Counted from the first letter of the stretch, positions 1 through 10,333 are shown. The stretch is DNA of 64,000 nucleotides from Chloroflexota bacterium (GCA_027623195.1 JAQBUT010000005.1:78233-142232), one strand, 5' to 3'. A program made the numbers and translations. The notes: a model not told the origin generated them from the sequence alone.

Positions 1-380
1 ACCTTCTGAAATAAGGTCAAGACTGGCGAAGTCCTGAAAGACACGCACGGGGTCGTCAGAACTAAGCACTGTCACCGCGCTGCTAAGACGAATAGACTTG
101 GTATTCCTAGCTGCGGCTGCCAGGATAACGGCGGGTGACGGGGACAGGAAGTCCGGACGGTGATGCTCTCCCAACGCAAAGACGTCGAGTCCCACCTGCT
201 CCGCAATTTAACTGACTCGATCAGATTACGCATGCGATCCACCGGGCCAATTATCGTGCCTGTAACGGGATCTTGCGTTAGTTCGACAAAGGAGTACAGG
301 CCTATTTCAAAGTGGCTCGTCGAAGGGGATGATTCTGCATCCTTAATCTCATCCACTTTGAGGGGCGAATTATCTGTCAA
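1..380 (-). pseudogene. LLM-class flavin-dependent oxidoreductase, 5' part, frameshifted near 204, runs off the left edge
   Basis: FEIGLYSFVELTQDPVTG...[11 protein letters not shown] in one frame continues as [68 protein letters not shown] in another frame (typical LLM N-terminus). Start uncertain (TTG 380). Confidence 0.8.
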
Positions 381-923
381 TCTGGTACTCTCCCTTGACT
401 GAAACGATCGGTCCAACTCGCAGGCCTATTAGTCAGGTATATGCTGCGCAACGCTTGATACAAAACTTCGACATTAGTTTCGTCAGGGTGACGTGTGAAT
501 ATGTCTTCCATCTTGCGAAGGATCAGACTGCCAGATAGTTCGCCAGGTCTCCCCTTGACATACCGCGGTCGGACTTGTCGTTCATATGCACGGGCACATC
601 AAACCATTCTAAAGGCTTCAATGGGTCGCTGCCCATACAGCTGTGGTCTCAATATCCGAGCAGGAAAATTGTGTTTCTAATGAAAACGTTTGTTGATGGC
701 CCACTAAAAGTGTACCGGCGAGGCGGCATTCGCCTTTGGCATAAAACGGCATATTAGCTACTCCATATTTAGTGGTGCGTCCACAGTAAATGTGAACCTC
801 GGCGTCACAGCATATTCCTACTTGGGGCAGGGCGCAGGTGGTTTTGCGAGACACCCTGCACCAAGAGGCCAGGCGTGTCATTACGAGCTTCCACCATAGT
901 TATTCCGTTGCTAAATCAGCAGA

Positions 924-1817
924 TTACCAAGGCATAGTTCTTCCCATTTCTTTTCTCAAGGTGTCTGCCACCGCTGAATCGGGAACATGAAGAATCCTCG
1001 CACCGACCTCAAACAAAGCGTGACGCGCACGCTCCTCGATTGTCATGCTAGGATCTTGCCAACTGCAGAGGAAAGTAAGCCCAGCTTTGTCGCATGCACT
1101 TTTCACTATATGCCGTGCGTTGTCCATTTCCGGAAGGTAAGGAGGGTCGTGTTGTTCAGGGTCGCCAAACGACATGCCCATGTCCCCCGGACCCCATTCA
1201 GCGAAGGAGAGACCTGGGACCGCCGCGATATTATCGGCGTCAGGTAGGCAGAATCTATCCTCTATCTTAAGTCCCAGCATTAACTCCCCGTCTGGATTCA
1301 ACGGCCAGGGATCGGCTTTCCGCATATAATCGACCGGGTCCAGCCCCCAAATAGCGGCCGGTTCTTTTTGGCCTCCTCCGCCTCGGAGACCCTCAGGAAT
1401 GCCCTTGTCTCGGCCGATCGTCTGGAAAACGTATCGAGACGCAGCCACGAACGTAGCAACTGCGTCAGCCCTTCGCGTATGAGTGTGAAGGATGCCGTGC
1501 ACGCCGGTTGACAGGACGTGTCTGGCCTGCCAAGCGTTGTATATCATTTCTTCGGGCGTCATACAGTTTGAAGGCAGCGTGGTTATGACTGTTGGTGTGC
1601 GGTGTCCGCTCGGAGTGGGGCCCCCATCTCGTAGCCCCTTCATAAACTGCGACAGTCCAACCGTATCGAACGGACTATGCTCGAAATCAAATTGAATCAT
1701 GTCGGCCCATGTCTGCGACATCTCTTTGCCGGATTCGTAGGTCAGTTCCGGGGCTGAGATTGAAAAGATTGCCTGATCTTGCTCTATAAGGTCTATGCAT
1801 TTGTTGATTCTAGCCAT
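924..1817 (-). CDS. HpcH/HpaI aldolase/citrate lyase family protein
   Basis: Motifs QFDFEHSPFD, GLKIED and EWGPGDMGMSFG; ATG at 1817 (MARINKC) preferred as start. Confidence 0.75.
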   Translation of the reverse strand: MARINKCIDLIEQDQAIFSISAPELTYESGKEMSQTWADMIQFDFEHSPFDTVGLSQFMKGLRDGGPTPSGHRTPTVITTLPSNCMTPEEMIYNAWQARHVLSTGVHGILHTHTRRADAVATFVAASRYVFQTIGRDKGIPEGLRGGGGQKEPAAIWGLDPVDYMRKADPWPLNPDGELMLGLKIEDRFCLPDADNIAAVPGLSFAEWGPGDMGMSFGDPEQHDPPYLPEMDNARHIVKSACDKAGLTFLCSWQDPSMTIEERARHALFEVGARILHVPDSAVADTLRKEMGRTMPW

Positions 1818-2126
1818 TGAGTTCCTTCCGATCCAAAACGAATTTAGGACGTATTTAATCAACAATTAACGCTGTAATCAAGAACGCAATTCGGTTAAGA
1901 CATAATGCGCCTTTGTGCCGACTAGAACAGATTCATGATGAAAAATAAGAGGTGGTGGCAATTATCTTCCCGGACTACCTAATCGATTAGACCAGACGAC
2001 AAGACGGTCTCGCATGCAACACACTAAAGTTTGCTCAATTCGAAACGCCGAACCCAGAACGTTGATGTCGTCTGTGTATCTAATACGCCTACTCCTCTTC
2101 GCCTTCTACGTGCTTATAGCAGATTT

Positions 2127-2381
2127 TTACCGAGTGCCATACCTGCTGTAATACGCAATGAACTGCCTTATCACCATCTCGTCCAAGTTTTTAAAAGACG
2201 TCGACGTCTGTCCGTCTTCCAACCAAACTTAGAGCATCCCGAGGACTTCGTTTTACCACTTTACGGTTCTAGGGGACTTGCCTTCGGTCTTGTTGTGAAC
2301 CTCAAAGTGTTTTATGAATATGGAGAGGTCAGAGTTACCCTTATCAATCGCTTCCCACCCTGCGTATCGGCCATCTCCCAT
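2127..2381 (-). pseudogene. Tyrosine integrase/recombinase N-terminal remnant
   Basis: Manual translation from ATG 2381 (GGAGG upstream): MGDGRYAGWEAIDKGNSDLSIFIKHFEVHNKTEGKSPRTVKW*NEVLGML*VWLEDGQTSTSFKNLDEMVIRQFIAY. The EGKSPRTVxWY pattern resembles integrase core-binding domains. Stops at 2253-2255 and 2229-2231. Confidence 0.7.
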
Positions 2382-2491
2382 GATAGATACTATCCTCCGT
2401 TCCGGTAATAGTCTGTCAGGCGAGCAACCGGGTCGGAAACAGAAAACTACGCATATGCCGGAGGTCGGATTAGGATATTTGGACAGAAATC

Positions 2492-2522
2492 AAAAGAAAA
2501 AGACCGCCTCAATAGGCGGTCT
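2492..2522 (-). terminator. Intrinsic terminator downstream of tRNA-Pro
   Basis: AGACCGCCT-CAAT-AGGCGGTCT hairpin (2501-2522) with an A-run on + (U-run on -). Confidence 0.75.
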
Positions 2523-2555
2523 CTACGAGTTCATTAAGGGGTGCAATTCATTTTT

Positions 2556-2632
2556 TGGTCGGGGAGACTGGATTTGAACCAGCGGCCCCCTGCACCCCAT
2601 GCAGGTGCGCTACCATGCTGCGCCACTCCCCG
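2556..2632 (-). tRNA. tRNA-Pro(GGG)
   Basis: CGGGGAG acceptor stem, anticodon arm CCTGC-ATGGGGT-GCAGG, T-loop GGTTCAAATCC, encoded CCA. Confidence 0.95.
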
Positions 2633-2647
2633 ACCTTGGACACCGCT

Positions 2648-2676
2648 AGGATAGCACAGGCATATCAGCCGTTCAA
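2648..2676 (-). promoter_or_regulatory. sigma70-type promoter for tRNA-Pro
   Basis: TTGAAC-17 nt-TATCCT with extended TG, just upstream of the tRNA. Confidence 0.6.
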
Positions 2677-2764
2677 GATTTCCAGAGTGTGGAAGGTATG
2701 AGTATTTGGAACGTCAGGCCGTTACCTTTTCACGCTAAACCGTCTATCCCCACATGGGTGTAGC

Positions 2765-3616
2765 CTAGCCTTTGTCCTGTAGCCGTCTGCCGTGGAAGAG
2801 GTACTGATTGGCGTAGCCGGCGTAGGTCCCAAAGAACTCCTGAGCCCACGGACGCATGGCCTTGCGCGTCAGCTTCTGCTCGACGACCTCTGGGTACCAC
2901 TCTTTCAAGGCCCGGTCAATCCAGACATCGACGGGAAAGGCTTGCGGCTTATCCAGCGAGAAGAGCAGGACGCAGTTGGCCACCTTATCCCCAATACCCG
3001 GTAACTCTATCAGGGCTTCCAGCGCCTCGTCGTAGGAGGCTTCCCGCAATGAATATAAGTCCACATCACCGCGCGCAATACGTTGGGCGGCCCCGGCGAC
3101 GTACTTGGCGCGAAATCCCAGGCCCAGGTCTCTAAGCTTCTGCTCACCCGCGTCAGCCAGAGCACTGGGAGAGGGGAAAATGCTTCGTACCTGCCCATTC
3201 ATCTCAAGAGCCTGACCGAAGCTCCTGGCCATGTCCTCCACGTTGGTTGAGATACGCGGGATGTTGGAGTTGGCGGAACATATGAAGGAAACCATGCACT
3301 CCCACGGCTCCTGCCGAAGAATGCGAAGCCCCTTATACTTGTCAACGGCTGCGCTGATCTGCTCGCCTTTGCCTATGGAATCACCAATGGCGTCGAGGTC
3401 GTCGTCCAGCCGCAGGTAATCACGGAACAGTGGCGCGATGACCGCCTCATCATCTGGGGCGCAGAGGAACTCAACGCCCTGGGCCAGTTGTCTGGTTCGA
3501 ATGATGTTATTGAACAGTACACCGTTGAACCAGCCATCCTCAAGACGCCATCGAAAAGCCTGCCCGCCAAGGAGCATGCTTTCTAGGTCCAGTATTCCAT
3601 CAAAGGGTATTAACAT
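2765..3616 (-). CDS. ogg: 8-oxoguanine DNA glycosylase (OGG1/HhH-GPD family)
   Basis: GQAFRW N-terminal motif, LRILRQEPWEC, HhH LPGIGDKVANC, FPVDVWI. Confidence 0.88.
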   Translation of the reverse strand: MLIPFDGILDLESMLLGGQAFRWRLEDGWFNGVLFNNIIRTRQLAQGVEFLCAPDDEAVIAPLFRDYLRLDDDLDAIGDSIGKGEQISAAVDKYKGLRILRQEPWECMVSFICSANSNIPRISTNVEDMARSFGQALEMNGQVRSIFPSPSALADAGEQKLRDLGLGFRAKYVAGAAQRIARGDVDLYSLREASYDEALEALIELPGIGDKVANCVLLFSLDKPQAFPVDVWIDRALKEWYPEVVEQKLTRKAMRPWAQEFFGTYAGYANQYLFHGRRLQDKG

Positions 3617-3692
3617 AATTTTTTAGACCGGGCCAAGCACTACTTAAATTATTAATGCCAATTTGCCCGAATTTCCTGCCTTCAATATGGTA

Positions 3693-6548
3693 TTACCTGT
3701 TCATCCAGTCCCTGATAACCGTATCCAACTCGTGCAAATCGCATGAGGTGAACTTGGCCGGGGGCAACGATTTCAGGAAAGACTGGCCATATCGCCGGGA
3801 CACAAGACGCTTGTCCAGTAGAATGGCCACGCCTCGATCACTCTTGGTACGGATAAGCCGACCGAAGCCCTGCCGTAGTCGCAGAATGGCCTGTGGCACC
3901 GCGTATTCCATAAATGAGTTCTCGTATAACTCCGAACGAGCGGCGAACACAGGGTCCGAGGGTACGCTAAAGGGAAGTCGGGTAACGAGCAAAACCTTCA
4001 ACGCGTCACCCGGCAAGTCCACACCTTCCCAGAAGCTGGCGGTGCCAATAAGCACCGACTTCGGGTTATCCATGAAGCGTTGGACTAGCTGCCTGGGCGA
4101 GCCGTCTGTGCCTTGGGCTAGCACGGTTATTCCTCTGGACTGAAGGTCCTCCCGCACAGCGGAGGCTGTGGCCTGAAGGCCTGCATAAGAGGTGAAAAGA
4201 GCCATAGTACGCCCGTCCACGGCTATGGCAGCATCTTTCACGGCCTGTTCGACGGCCTCCTGGTACGCATAGGAGTTGGGCTCGGGCATGTCCTGAGGCA
4301 CGCAGATTAGCGCCGAATTCGGGTAATCGAAAGGTGAGCCCAGCAAAAGCTCCTCTGCATCGGTAAAACCGGTGCGCTCCACCACGTGACTAAAGCTGTC
4401 ATTGGTGCTTAAGGTCGCGCTGGTGAGCACCACGCAGTCTTTTGTGGAGAACAGGATCTCCTCCAGTGTGTCGCCTACGTGAAGCGGTGCGGAGTAGAGG
4501 ACCAGCTCCTGATTTCTGCCGAGGCGCCGCGCCCAATAAATACCGTCGCTCTTCGGATTTGGCACGAACTCCTTCAGCTTGTCTCGCAGCTCCGTGTTGG
4601 TCTGAAGGTTGTTGTATATCTCCATAAGGAGACCGTCGTAATTGAGAAGGTTTGCATCTTCTAGGCCTTCCAGCGAAACATTAAGGCGACGAATCTCCGT
4701 GCCAAGCTCGGACAGCATAACGTCGGCGTTCTGCCACTGAATCTCCAAGTCGGACCAACCCGGCTGCGAACGCGTGCCCGCCGTGACCCGCACCTCCTGA
4801 CCTTTGCCGTTATCGGAGGCCGAGTCCATGACCGAGCCAATGCCTGCGAAAAGCTGTGCCACGTTATCTCGGACCCTGGGCAGAAGCTCCGTTATCTTGG
4901 CCGCCTGCTTTTCTACGGAATCTTTACGGCCAGCGGAGGCTGTTGCGGTCCTGAAGGCGTTTATCGACTCGTTCAGCAGCCCACGCTCTCCGCTCAGAGA
5001 CTGCGTATGGTCATCGAAACGGGCCTGGCTCAACTCAAATCCGAGGTGACGCGTGGCCTCCTCTTCGAGGTGATGAGCCTCGTCAATAATCAAAAGGTCG
5101 TATTCCGGGATGAGCGTGCCGCCAGCCGTGAGGTCCGAAAGAAGCAGGGCATGATTCACGACAACGAGATGGGACGCCGCCGCCTTCTCCCTGGATGCAC
5201 GTAAAAAACACGGACCGCCTGAACTCAGGCAGTCCGTGGCGCCCTGAGCGGAGAGCCTGTCCCACGGCGCGGCGGTGTTGCGGCTACCCAGATTCAACTC
5301 GCTACGGTCGCCGGTTTCCGTAGTCTGCAGCCATACCATTATCTTGGCCAACATACGGGCTTCGTCTTCGTCGATGCTATCGTTCGAACGCAGGTGGTTC
5401 CATCGGCGCAAACAAAGGTAATTTGCCCTGCCCTTGAGCTGTGTGAATTTCAGTTCCTCAGCGTTTAGCCCCTCAATGGCCGACAGCGCCTGCACCAGGA
5501 TAGGCACGTCCTTGCCCACAAGTTGTTCCTGCAACGCGATGGTGTTGGTAGAAACCACAACACGCTTGTTGTTTGCCAGGGCATAAAGAGCGGCAGGCAG
5601 CAGGTAGGCCAGCGATTTACCTACACCGGTTCCCGCCTCGACCAGCAGACGCTGGCCCTCGTTAATGGCCTTGGTTACGGCCTTTGCCATCTCCGCCTGT
5701 TCGGGTCTGTGGTCAAAACCAGGCAATGCCTGGGCCAGAGGGCTTCCCTCACTAAACAGGCTCGTCACCAGGTCTTCATCGACCTTGGTGACATCCCTGC
5801 TCGGGCGCAACGACCGTTCTCGTTGTAGCCTCTTCTCCAGGTCGCCGGTATCCAGGCCGCTGATGTCCACACTGGTTCTGAACTTAGGGGGAAGAGCCGC
5901 CATACCAGGCATTCCAGAGCCGTTCCCTGATGGGTTCGCTCCCAGGCCACGCAGCAGGTAGCCCAGAACCCACGACGACCTGTCAGCCAGGCGCTGCATC
6001 TCCGCCACAGAATTGACATCTAGTTTCGCAGCGTCCTTGAGAAGCTCGACGAAAAGCTCTTTAGTAGCCAGGGCGTCATCGATTGCTCTGTGGGGTCGGT
6101 CGTGCGTCAGCCCCATACGGTCCGTCAAGCGGGAGAGGGAATACTCAGGCATACCAGGGTGCAGCACGTAGACCATATCCCAGGTGTCGCAACGTGGGTT
6201 GCTGAGCTTGAGGCCCGCCTTCTCCAGAAAGCCGACGTCGAAGGCAACGTTGTGACCGATAATTGGCGCGTTGCCTAGAAAGGCGGCCAGGCGGCCCACC
6301 ACCAGTTCAAAGGGCGGCGCTTCATCCACCTGCTCCTGGGAAATGCTGGTGAAACGCTTGATAAAGGACGATAGCTTTCGACTGGGGTTAACAAAGGTCT
6401 GGAACGTATCCAGGACCTGTTCGCCCTGAAACTTGACCGCGCCAATCTCTATGATGGCTTCCTTATCAACGTTCAGGCCGGTGGTCTCGAGGTCGATGGC
6501 TACCCACACGTCTTCAAAGGGCGAAGTGTGGAGAGGGAAAAGAGTCAT
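3693..6548 (-). CDS. dinG: DinG-family helicase with N-terminal DEDDh (Pol III epsilon-like) exonuclease domain
   Basis: DLETTG, GHNVAFD and HRAIDDA exonuclease motifs; EAGTGVGKS, DEAH, SAT and QGFGRLIR helicase motifs. Confidence 0.92.
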   Translation of the reverse strand: MTLFPLHTSPFEDVWVAIDLETTGLNVDKEAIIEIGAVKFQGEQVLDTFQTFVNPSRKLSSFIKRFTSISQEQVDEAPPFELVVGRLAAFLGNAPIIGHNVAFDVGFLEKAGLKLSNPRCDTWDMVYVLHPGMPEYSLSRLTDRMGLTHDRPHRAIDDALATKELFVELLKDAAKLDVNSVAEMQRLADRSSWVLGYLLRGLGANPSGNGSGMPGMAALPPKFRTSVDISGLDTGDLEKRLQRERSLRPSRDVTKVDEDLVTSLFSEGSPLAQALPGFDHRPEQAEMAKAVTKAINEGQRLLVEAGTGVGKSLAYLLPAALYALANNKRVVVSTNTIALQEQLVGKDVPILVQALSAIEGLNAEELKFTQLKGRANYLCLRRWNHLRSNDSIDEDEARMLAKIMVWLQTTETGDRSELNLGSRNTAAPWDRLSAQGATDCLSSGGPCFLRASREKAAASHLVVVNHALLLSDLTAGGTLIPEYDLLIIDEAHHLEEEATRHLGFELSQARFDDHTQSLSGERGLLNESINAFRTATASAGRKDSVEKQAAKITELLPRVRDNVAQLFAGIGSVMDSASDNGKGQEVRVTAGTRSQPGWSDLEIQWQNADVMLSELGTEIRRLNVSLEGLEDANLLNYDGLLMEIYNNLQTNTELRDKLKEFVPNPKSDGIYWARRLGRNQELVLYSAPLHVGDTLEEILFSTKDCVVLTSATLSTNDSFSHVVERTGFTDAEELLLGSPFDYPNSALICVPQDMPEPNSYAYQEAVEQAVKDAAIAVDGRTMALFTSYAGLQATASAVREDLQSRGITVLAQGTDGSPRQLVQRFMDNPKSVLIGTASFWEGVDLPGDALKVLLVTRLPFSVPSDPVFAARSELYENSFMEYAVPQAILRLRQGFGRLIRTKSDRGVAILLDKRLVSRRYGQSFLKSLPPAKFTSCDLHELDTVIRDWMNR

Positions 6549-6832
6549 AGGTGACGCTCACTAGAATGGCGGATGAGTTGGCTTCTGTTCACGTAACCAT
6601 GCTAGCAAATTCACGGGCCTAAAGTCTGCGACGAGGGATGCGGATTTCATGCGTCGATGTGGTAATAAACAGGGCTACGCTCTTTGAAATCTTATCCGTG
6701 GAGTGTAGAAGAGATGAACTGGATTGAACCTATGGCAGTCGGGACTAATGGAAGAAAAAGAGGAATTTCGCCGAGGAAATTTAATGGCCAAACGCCTTAC
6801 CGGCTAATTGCCCGGATAGGTCAGGCAAATCA

Positions 6833-6937
6833 TTAGACTCCGAATGAACGCAAGGCGCCCATAATCAACACCAGTCCCAGGAAACCCAAAAGGCCAAAAG
6901 CCAATGAGAGCACAAGGAAAGAGATAGTAAGCTCCAT
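6833..6937 (-). CDS. Putative small (34 aa) membrane protein
   Basis: MELTISFLVLSLAFGLLGFLGLVLIMGALRSFGV*, a single hydrophobic helix; AGGGG upstream; below the ORF-track cutoff. Confidence 0.4.
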   Translation of the reverse strand: MELTISFLVLSLAFGLLGFLGLVLIMGALRSFGV

Positions 6938-7035
6938 GCTGAACCTGATACCCCTACTCAACACTGTTTGCAACATCGCTTACCCCCCCCGAGTTTGATC
7001 ACGTTTATAGTCCTGCCCAACACTAAGTGAAGTTA

Positions 7036-7296
7036 CTAGGTTGCGTAGGCCCTAACCACTCGATAGGTCGTCCAGCCCAACATACACAGCAGGGGCATAA
7101 TCATGACCAAGATGCCGTAGGCCATCCAGCGCTCAAAATAGTAAATCCAATTTGGACTGACCACACCAAACCGAAAGGCATTGCTCTTGGATGTCCAAAC
7201 GCCCAGAAACAGCAGCAGGGACCATAAGAGACCGGTCCACTGTATCTCCTTGAGAGAGTAGCCTGACGATCCAATTCCTATTGCGCTAAGACACAT
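7036..7296 (-). CDS. Hypothetical membrane protein or fragment
   Basis: Two hydrophobic segments; no family recognised; start doubtful. Confidence 0.25.
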   Translation of the reverse strand: MCLSAIGIGSSGYSLKEIQWTGLLWSLLLFLGVWTSKSNAFRFGVVSPNWIYYFERWMAYGILVMIMPLLCMLGWTTYRVVRAYAT

Positions 7297-7495
7297 TTAC
7301 AAGTTTCCAATTTGTTTGGCCTGATAAAAGGCATGCGAAAACTCACCCACAAAACACACAGCGTCATCGTCCCACTAAGCCTTCGCATACCCGGGATGAA
7401 ATTCTTACGTTCAAGCATCGGGTATTGGATTGAATATCTTGGGGGCTGGCAGGTCGCTATGCGGTTAATTTCAAGTGAACTAATGGGGACATCAT

Positions 7496-8101
7496 GTGAC
7501 CGTAACGTTAGGGAAGGATCAAACGTCCGAACGAGCGGAGAAGGCCGTAGTCTTTGGTCCTTCCTACGGAGGCTTCGTGGCGCAGGAGTTTGCCCTTCGC
7601 CATTCTCATAAGGTCGCTCTTCTAATCCTATGCGACACCGCCCCTGGACAGGTCGGGCGGAACCAGACTGCTGAGGAGGCTTTTGGGCCGCCGCCACCGC
7701 CCGAATATCTGGAGATGCTGGCCAACCCGCCCCAAACGGACGAGGAGTTGTCCACAGTTATGAACGGCATGATGCCCTTGTACCTCCACAAGGCCAAAGC
7801 CTCCGATCACCCCCCGGCTCTAGAGGGAACGATATTCAGCATTGCTGCGATGAATCGAAGTTTCGAGGTCACTTCTATTTGGAGCGCCCTGGACCGTCTG
7901 TCGACCATAACGGCCCCAACGTTGCTTTTGGTGGGCAAACACGATACATTCACATCGCCTTCGCAGACCTACCGAATCGCTCGGCAGTTACCCCATGCCG
8001 AAATGGTGGATTTCGACGAAAGCGGATATATGCCCTGGATGGGTGAGCCGAATAGGTCTTTCCAAGTGGTGGGCGACTGGCTCCAAAAATGTGAGCTTTA
8101 A
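7496..8101 (+). pseudogene. Alpha/beta hydrolase (proline iminopeptidase-like), N-terminally truncated
   Basis: Begins just before the nucleophile elbow (FGPSYGGFVA). The acid motif GKHD is present but the catalytic-His motif reads SGYMPW. Confidence 0.65.
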
Positions 8102-8166
8102 TTTCTTGGGTATCTATTAATAACATTGCGCGGTCCCGCGCCGTAAATGATTGAATTGAGAGGTAA

Positions 8167-9246
8167 ATGATGAGTCTAGATTTCGTCACAAATGAAGAGG
8201 TGATTCAGGCAGCGAGAGCGAGGCTGCCCCAGAGCGCCTGGGATTATCTTTCCGGCGCATCCGAGTCGGAAACGACCATGCGACGCAACCGACTGGCATT
8301 CGACAAGGTAGCGTTTCGTCCCAGGGTGCTGGTAGATGTCTCCAGCGTAGACCCCTCAACGACCTTCCTGGGCCACAAGCTCCGCATTCCCGTCATGCCT
8401 GCACCTGTGGGTTCATTGCAGGAATTCACGCCGGAAGGCGGAGCCGCCACCACAAAGGCGTGTGCCGAGTTCGGAACCATGCACGTTGTCAGCTCCGTCA
8501 CTGAGCCTAGCCTGGAAGCCATCGCTGAGAGCGGCGATAATCCCAAAGTATTCCAACTCTACGTCCACGGCGACTGGGAGTGGACAAAAGACCTGATAGA
8601 CCGGGCAAAGGCGGCTGGCTACGTGGGACTGTGCACAACTGTGGATACCGCCCATTACAGCCGCAGAGAAAGGCCTCTGCGCGGCCGCTGGGAACCACCT
8701 ACGCGCAGGGTAACCAGAGACCCGTTCTGGTCAGCGTCGGTTACGTGGGACTCCATTGACAAGTACAAGGCTCATTCCGGGTTGCCGTACATGCTTAAAG
8801 GCATCGCCACCGCCGAGGACGCCAAAATCGCGGTGGACCATGGCGTGGATGTCATATGGGTGTCGAACCACGGTGGCCGCCAGCTAGACCACGGACTGGG
8901 CACCATGGACATGCTCCCCGAAATCGTCGAGGCCGTGGACGGGCGTGCCGAGATCGTTCTGGACGGTGGCATTCAGCGAGGAAGTGATGTGGTCAAGGCC
9001 GCAGCCATGGGAGTTAAAGCTGTCGCAATCGGCAAACTCCAGTGCTGGGGACTGGGCGCCGCAGGCAAGGACGGCTTGGTTCGCGTGTTGGAAATCCTGG
9101 AAGAGGAGATGATCGTCGCCATGGCCCTGATGGGCGTCACCTCCCTTGACCAGTTAAATTCGAACTACGTCACAAAAGCAGATCTCGTAACCATGCCTCA
9201 TGAGATGAGCACATGGGTGAACAAGCCTGTGGACAGGATTCTTTAG
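8167..9246 (+). CDS. FMN-dependent alpha-hydroxy acid oxidase/dehydrogenase
   Basis: FRPRVL, FQLY, TVDT, LKGI, SNHGGRQLD and DGGIQRGSD motifs. Confidence 0.92.
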   Translation: MMSLDFVTNEEVIQAARARLPQSAWDYLSGASESETTMRRNRLAFDKVAFRPRVLVDVSSVDPSTTFLGHKLRIPVMPAPVGSLQEFTPEGGAATTKACAEFGTMHVVSSVTEPSLEAIAESGDNPKVFQLYVHGDWEWTKDLIDRAKAAGYVGLCTTVDTAHYSRRERPLRGRWEPPTRRVTRDPFWSASVTWDSIDKYKAHSGLPYMLKGIATAEDAKIAVDHGVDVIWVSNHGGRQLDHGLGTMDMLPEIVEAVDGRAEIVLDGGIQRGSDVVKAAAMGVKAVAIGKLQCWGLGAAGKDGLVRVLEILEEEMIVAMALMGVTSLDQLNSNYVTKADLVTMPHEMSTWVNKPVDRIL

Positions 9247-9255
9247 GCAACTAAA

Positions 9256-9291
9256 TCAGGCCGCTTGGACAGCCATGTTCAGGCGGCCTGA
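9256..9291 (+). terminator. Hairpin between convergent genes
   Basis: TCAGGCCGCTTGGACA-GCCA-TGTTCAGGCGGCCTGA forms 16 bp on the + strand RNA, including two G-U pairs. Confidence 0.6.
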
Positions 9292-9307
9292 ACGACCCTT
9301 AACCTGT

Positions 9308-10333
9308 CTACAACGCCGCTCGTACCTTGGGAATCACCTCTTCAGCGATAAGATGCAGCGTTTCCAGTATCAGGCCCTGCGGCATGCCACCCCACTCGAT
9401 GCTCATAATCAGATGGTTGATGCCTATGCTCTCGCGTATGCCCAGAATCTGCTCCGCCACCTCGTCGGGCGACCCAATGAGAAACCGGTCCCCGAAAAGC
9501 TCCTCGAACTCTCCGCCCAGGTCGTTGTCGCCCTCGGGCATCTGACGGTCCTGGCCCCAGCTGTGATAGGCCGCGTACTTCTTCTCGATGAAGGGACCGC
9601 AGACCCGCATGGCCTCTTCCCGAGTTCGCGCCACGAATAGCTCGCGGCGCATGGGCAACTCTTCCGGAAATGGCTTGCCTACTCTGTCCAGGGCCTGGCA
9701 GTAAATCTCCATCTGCCGCTTTATGGTGCCTATGCGGTTGTGAGGATTGATGTACCAGCAGTCGCCCAACCGGGCCGTGCGATCAATGGCTGCGTCGGCG
9801 TTGGCTCCAATCCAGATTGGCGGATGGGGGTCCTGCAAAGGCTTTGGCAGGCAAGACGCACCAATCAGTTCGAAGTGGTCCGCCTTCATGTCCACCGACT
9901 CCTCGGTCCAGAGCCGCTTGATGGCGATAAGGTTTTCCTCGAAGCGCTTGCCCCGCTGACTCATAGGCACGCCGAACGCCTTGAACTCGACATCGCGATA
10001 ACCCAGCGCGGCGCCGAATATGATGCGCCCTCCGGACATGATGTCTAACGTCGCGAACTGCTCGGCGATCTCCAGGGGGGTGTACAGCGACAGCAACACG
10101 ATGCCTGCGTTCAGTCGGACATTGGGGGCCTCCGCGCTGAGCCTGGCCAGCATAGGTATCTGCTGAAAGGACTGGAATGGCGGCGTGCTGAAGTGGGACG
10201 TGGCGGTCAAAGAGTCAAAGCCTAAGGCATCAGCAGTCCTGGCCTGCTCCAGTATCTCCTCGAAGCGCACGCCGATATCGTCGCCCATGGGGTACTGCCC
10301 ACGCAGCACCAACCCAAATTCAAAATCTTTCAC
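9308..10333 (-). CDS. LLM-class flavin-dependent oxidoreductase
   Basis: AEQFATLDIMSGGRIIFGAALGYR, PKPLQDPHPPIWIG, LIGSPDEVAEQI. Confidence 0.9.
   Translation of the reverse strand: MKDFEFGLVLRGQYPMGDDIGVRFEEILEQARTADALGFDSLTATSHFSTPPFQSFQQIPMLARLSAEAPNVRLNAGIVLLSLYTPLEIAEQFATLDIMSGGRIIFGAALGYRDVEFKAFGVPMSQRGKRFEENLIAIKRLWTEESVDMKADHFELIGASCLPKPLQDPHPPIWIGANADAAIDRTARLGDCWYINPHNRIGTIKRQMEIYCQALDRVGKPFPEELPMRRELFVARTREEAMRVCGPFIEKKYAAYHSWGQDRQMPEGDNDLGGEFEELFGDRFLIGSPDEVAEQILGIRESIGINHLIMSIEWGGMPQGLILETLHLIAEEVIPKVRAAL

Noticed and set aside
2031..2408. 125-aa plus-strand ORF
   Set aside because: Antisense shadow of the integrase relic; no motif of its own.
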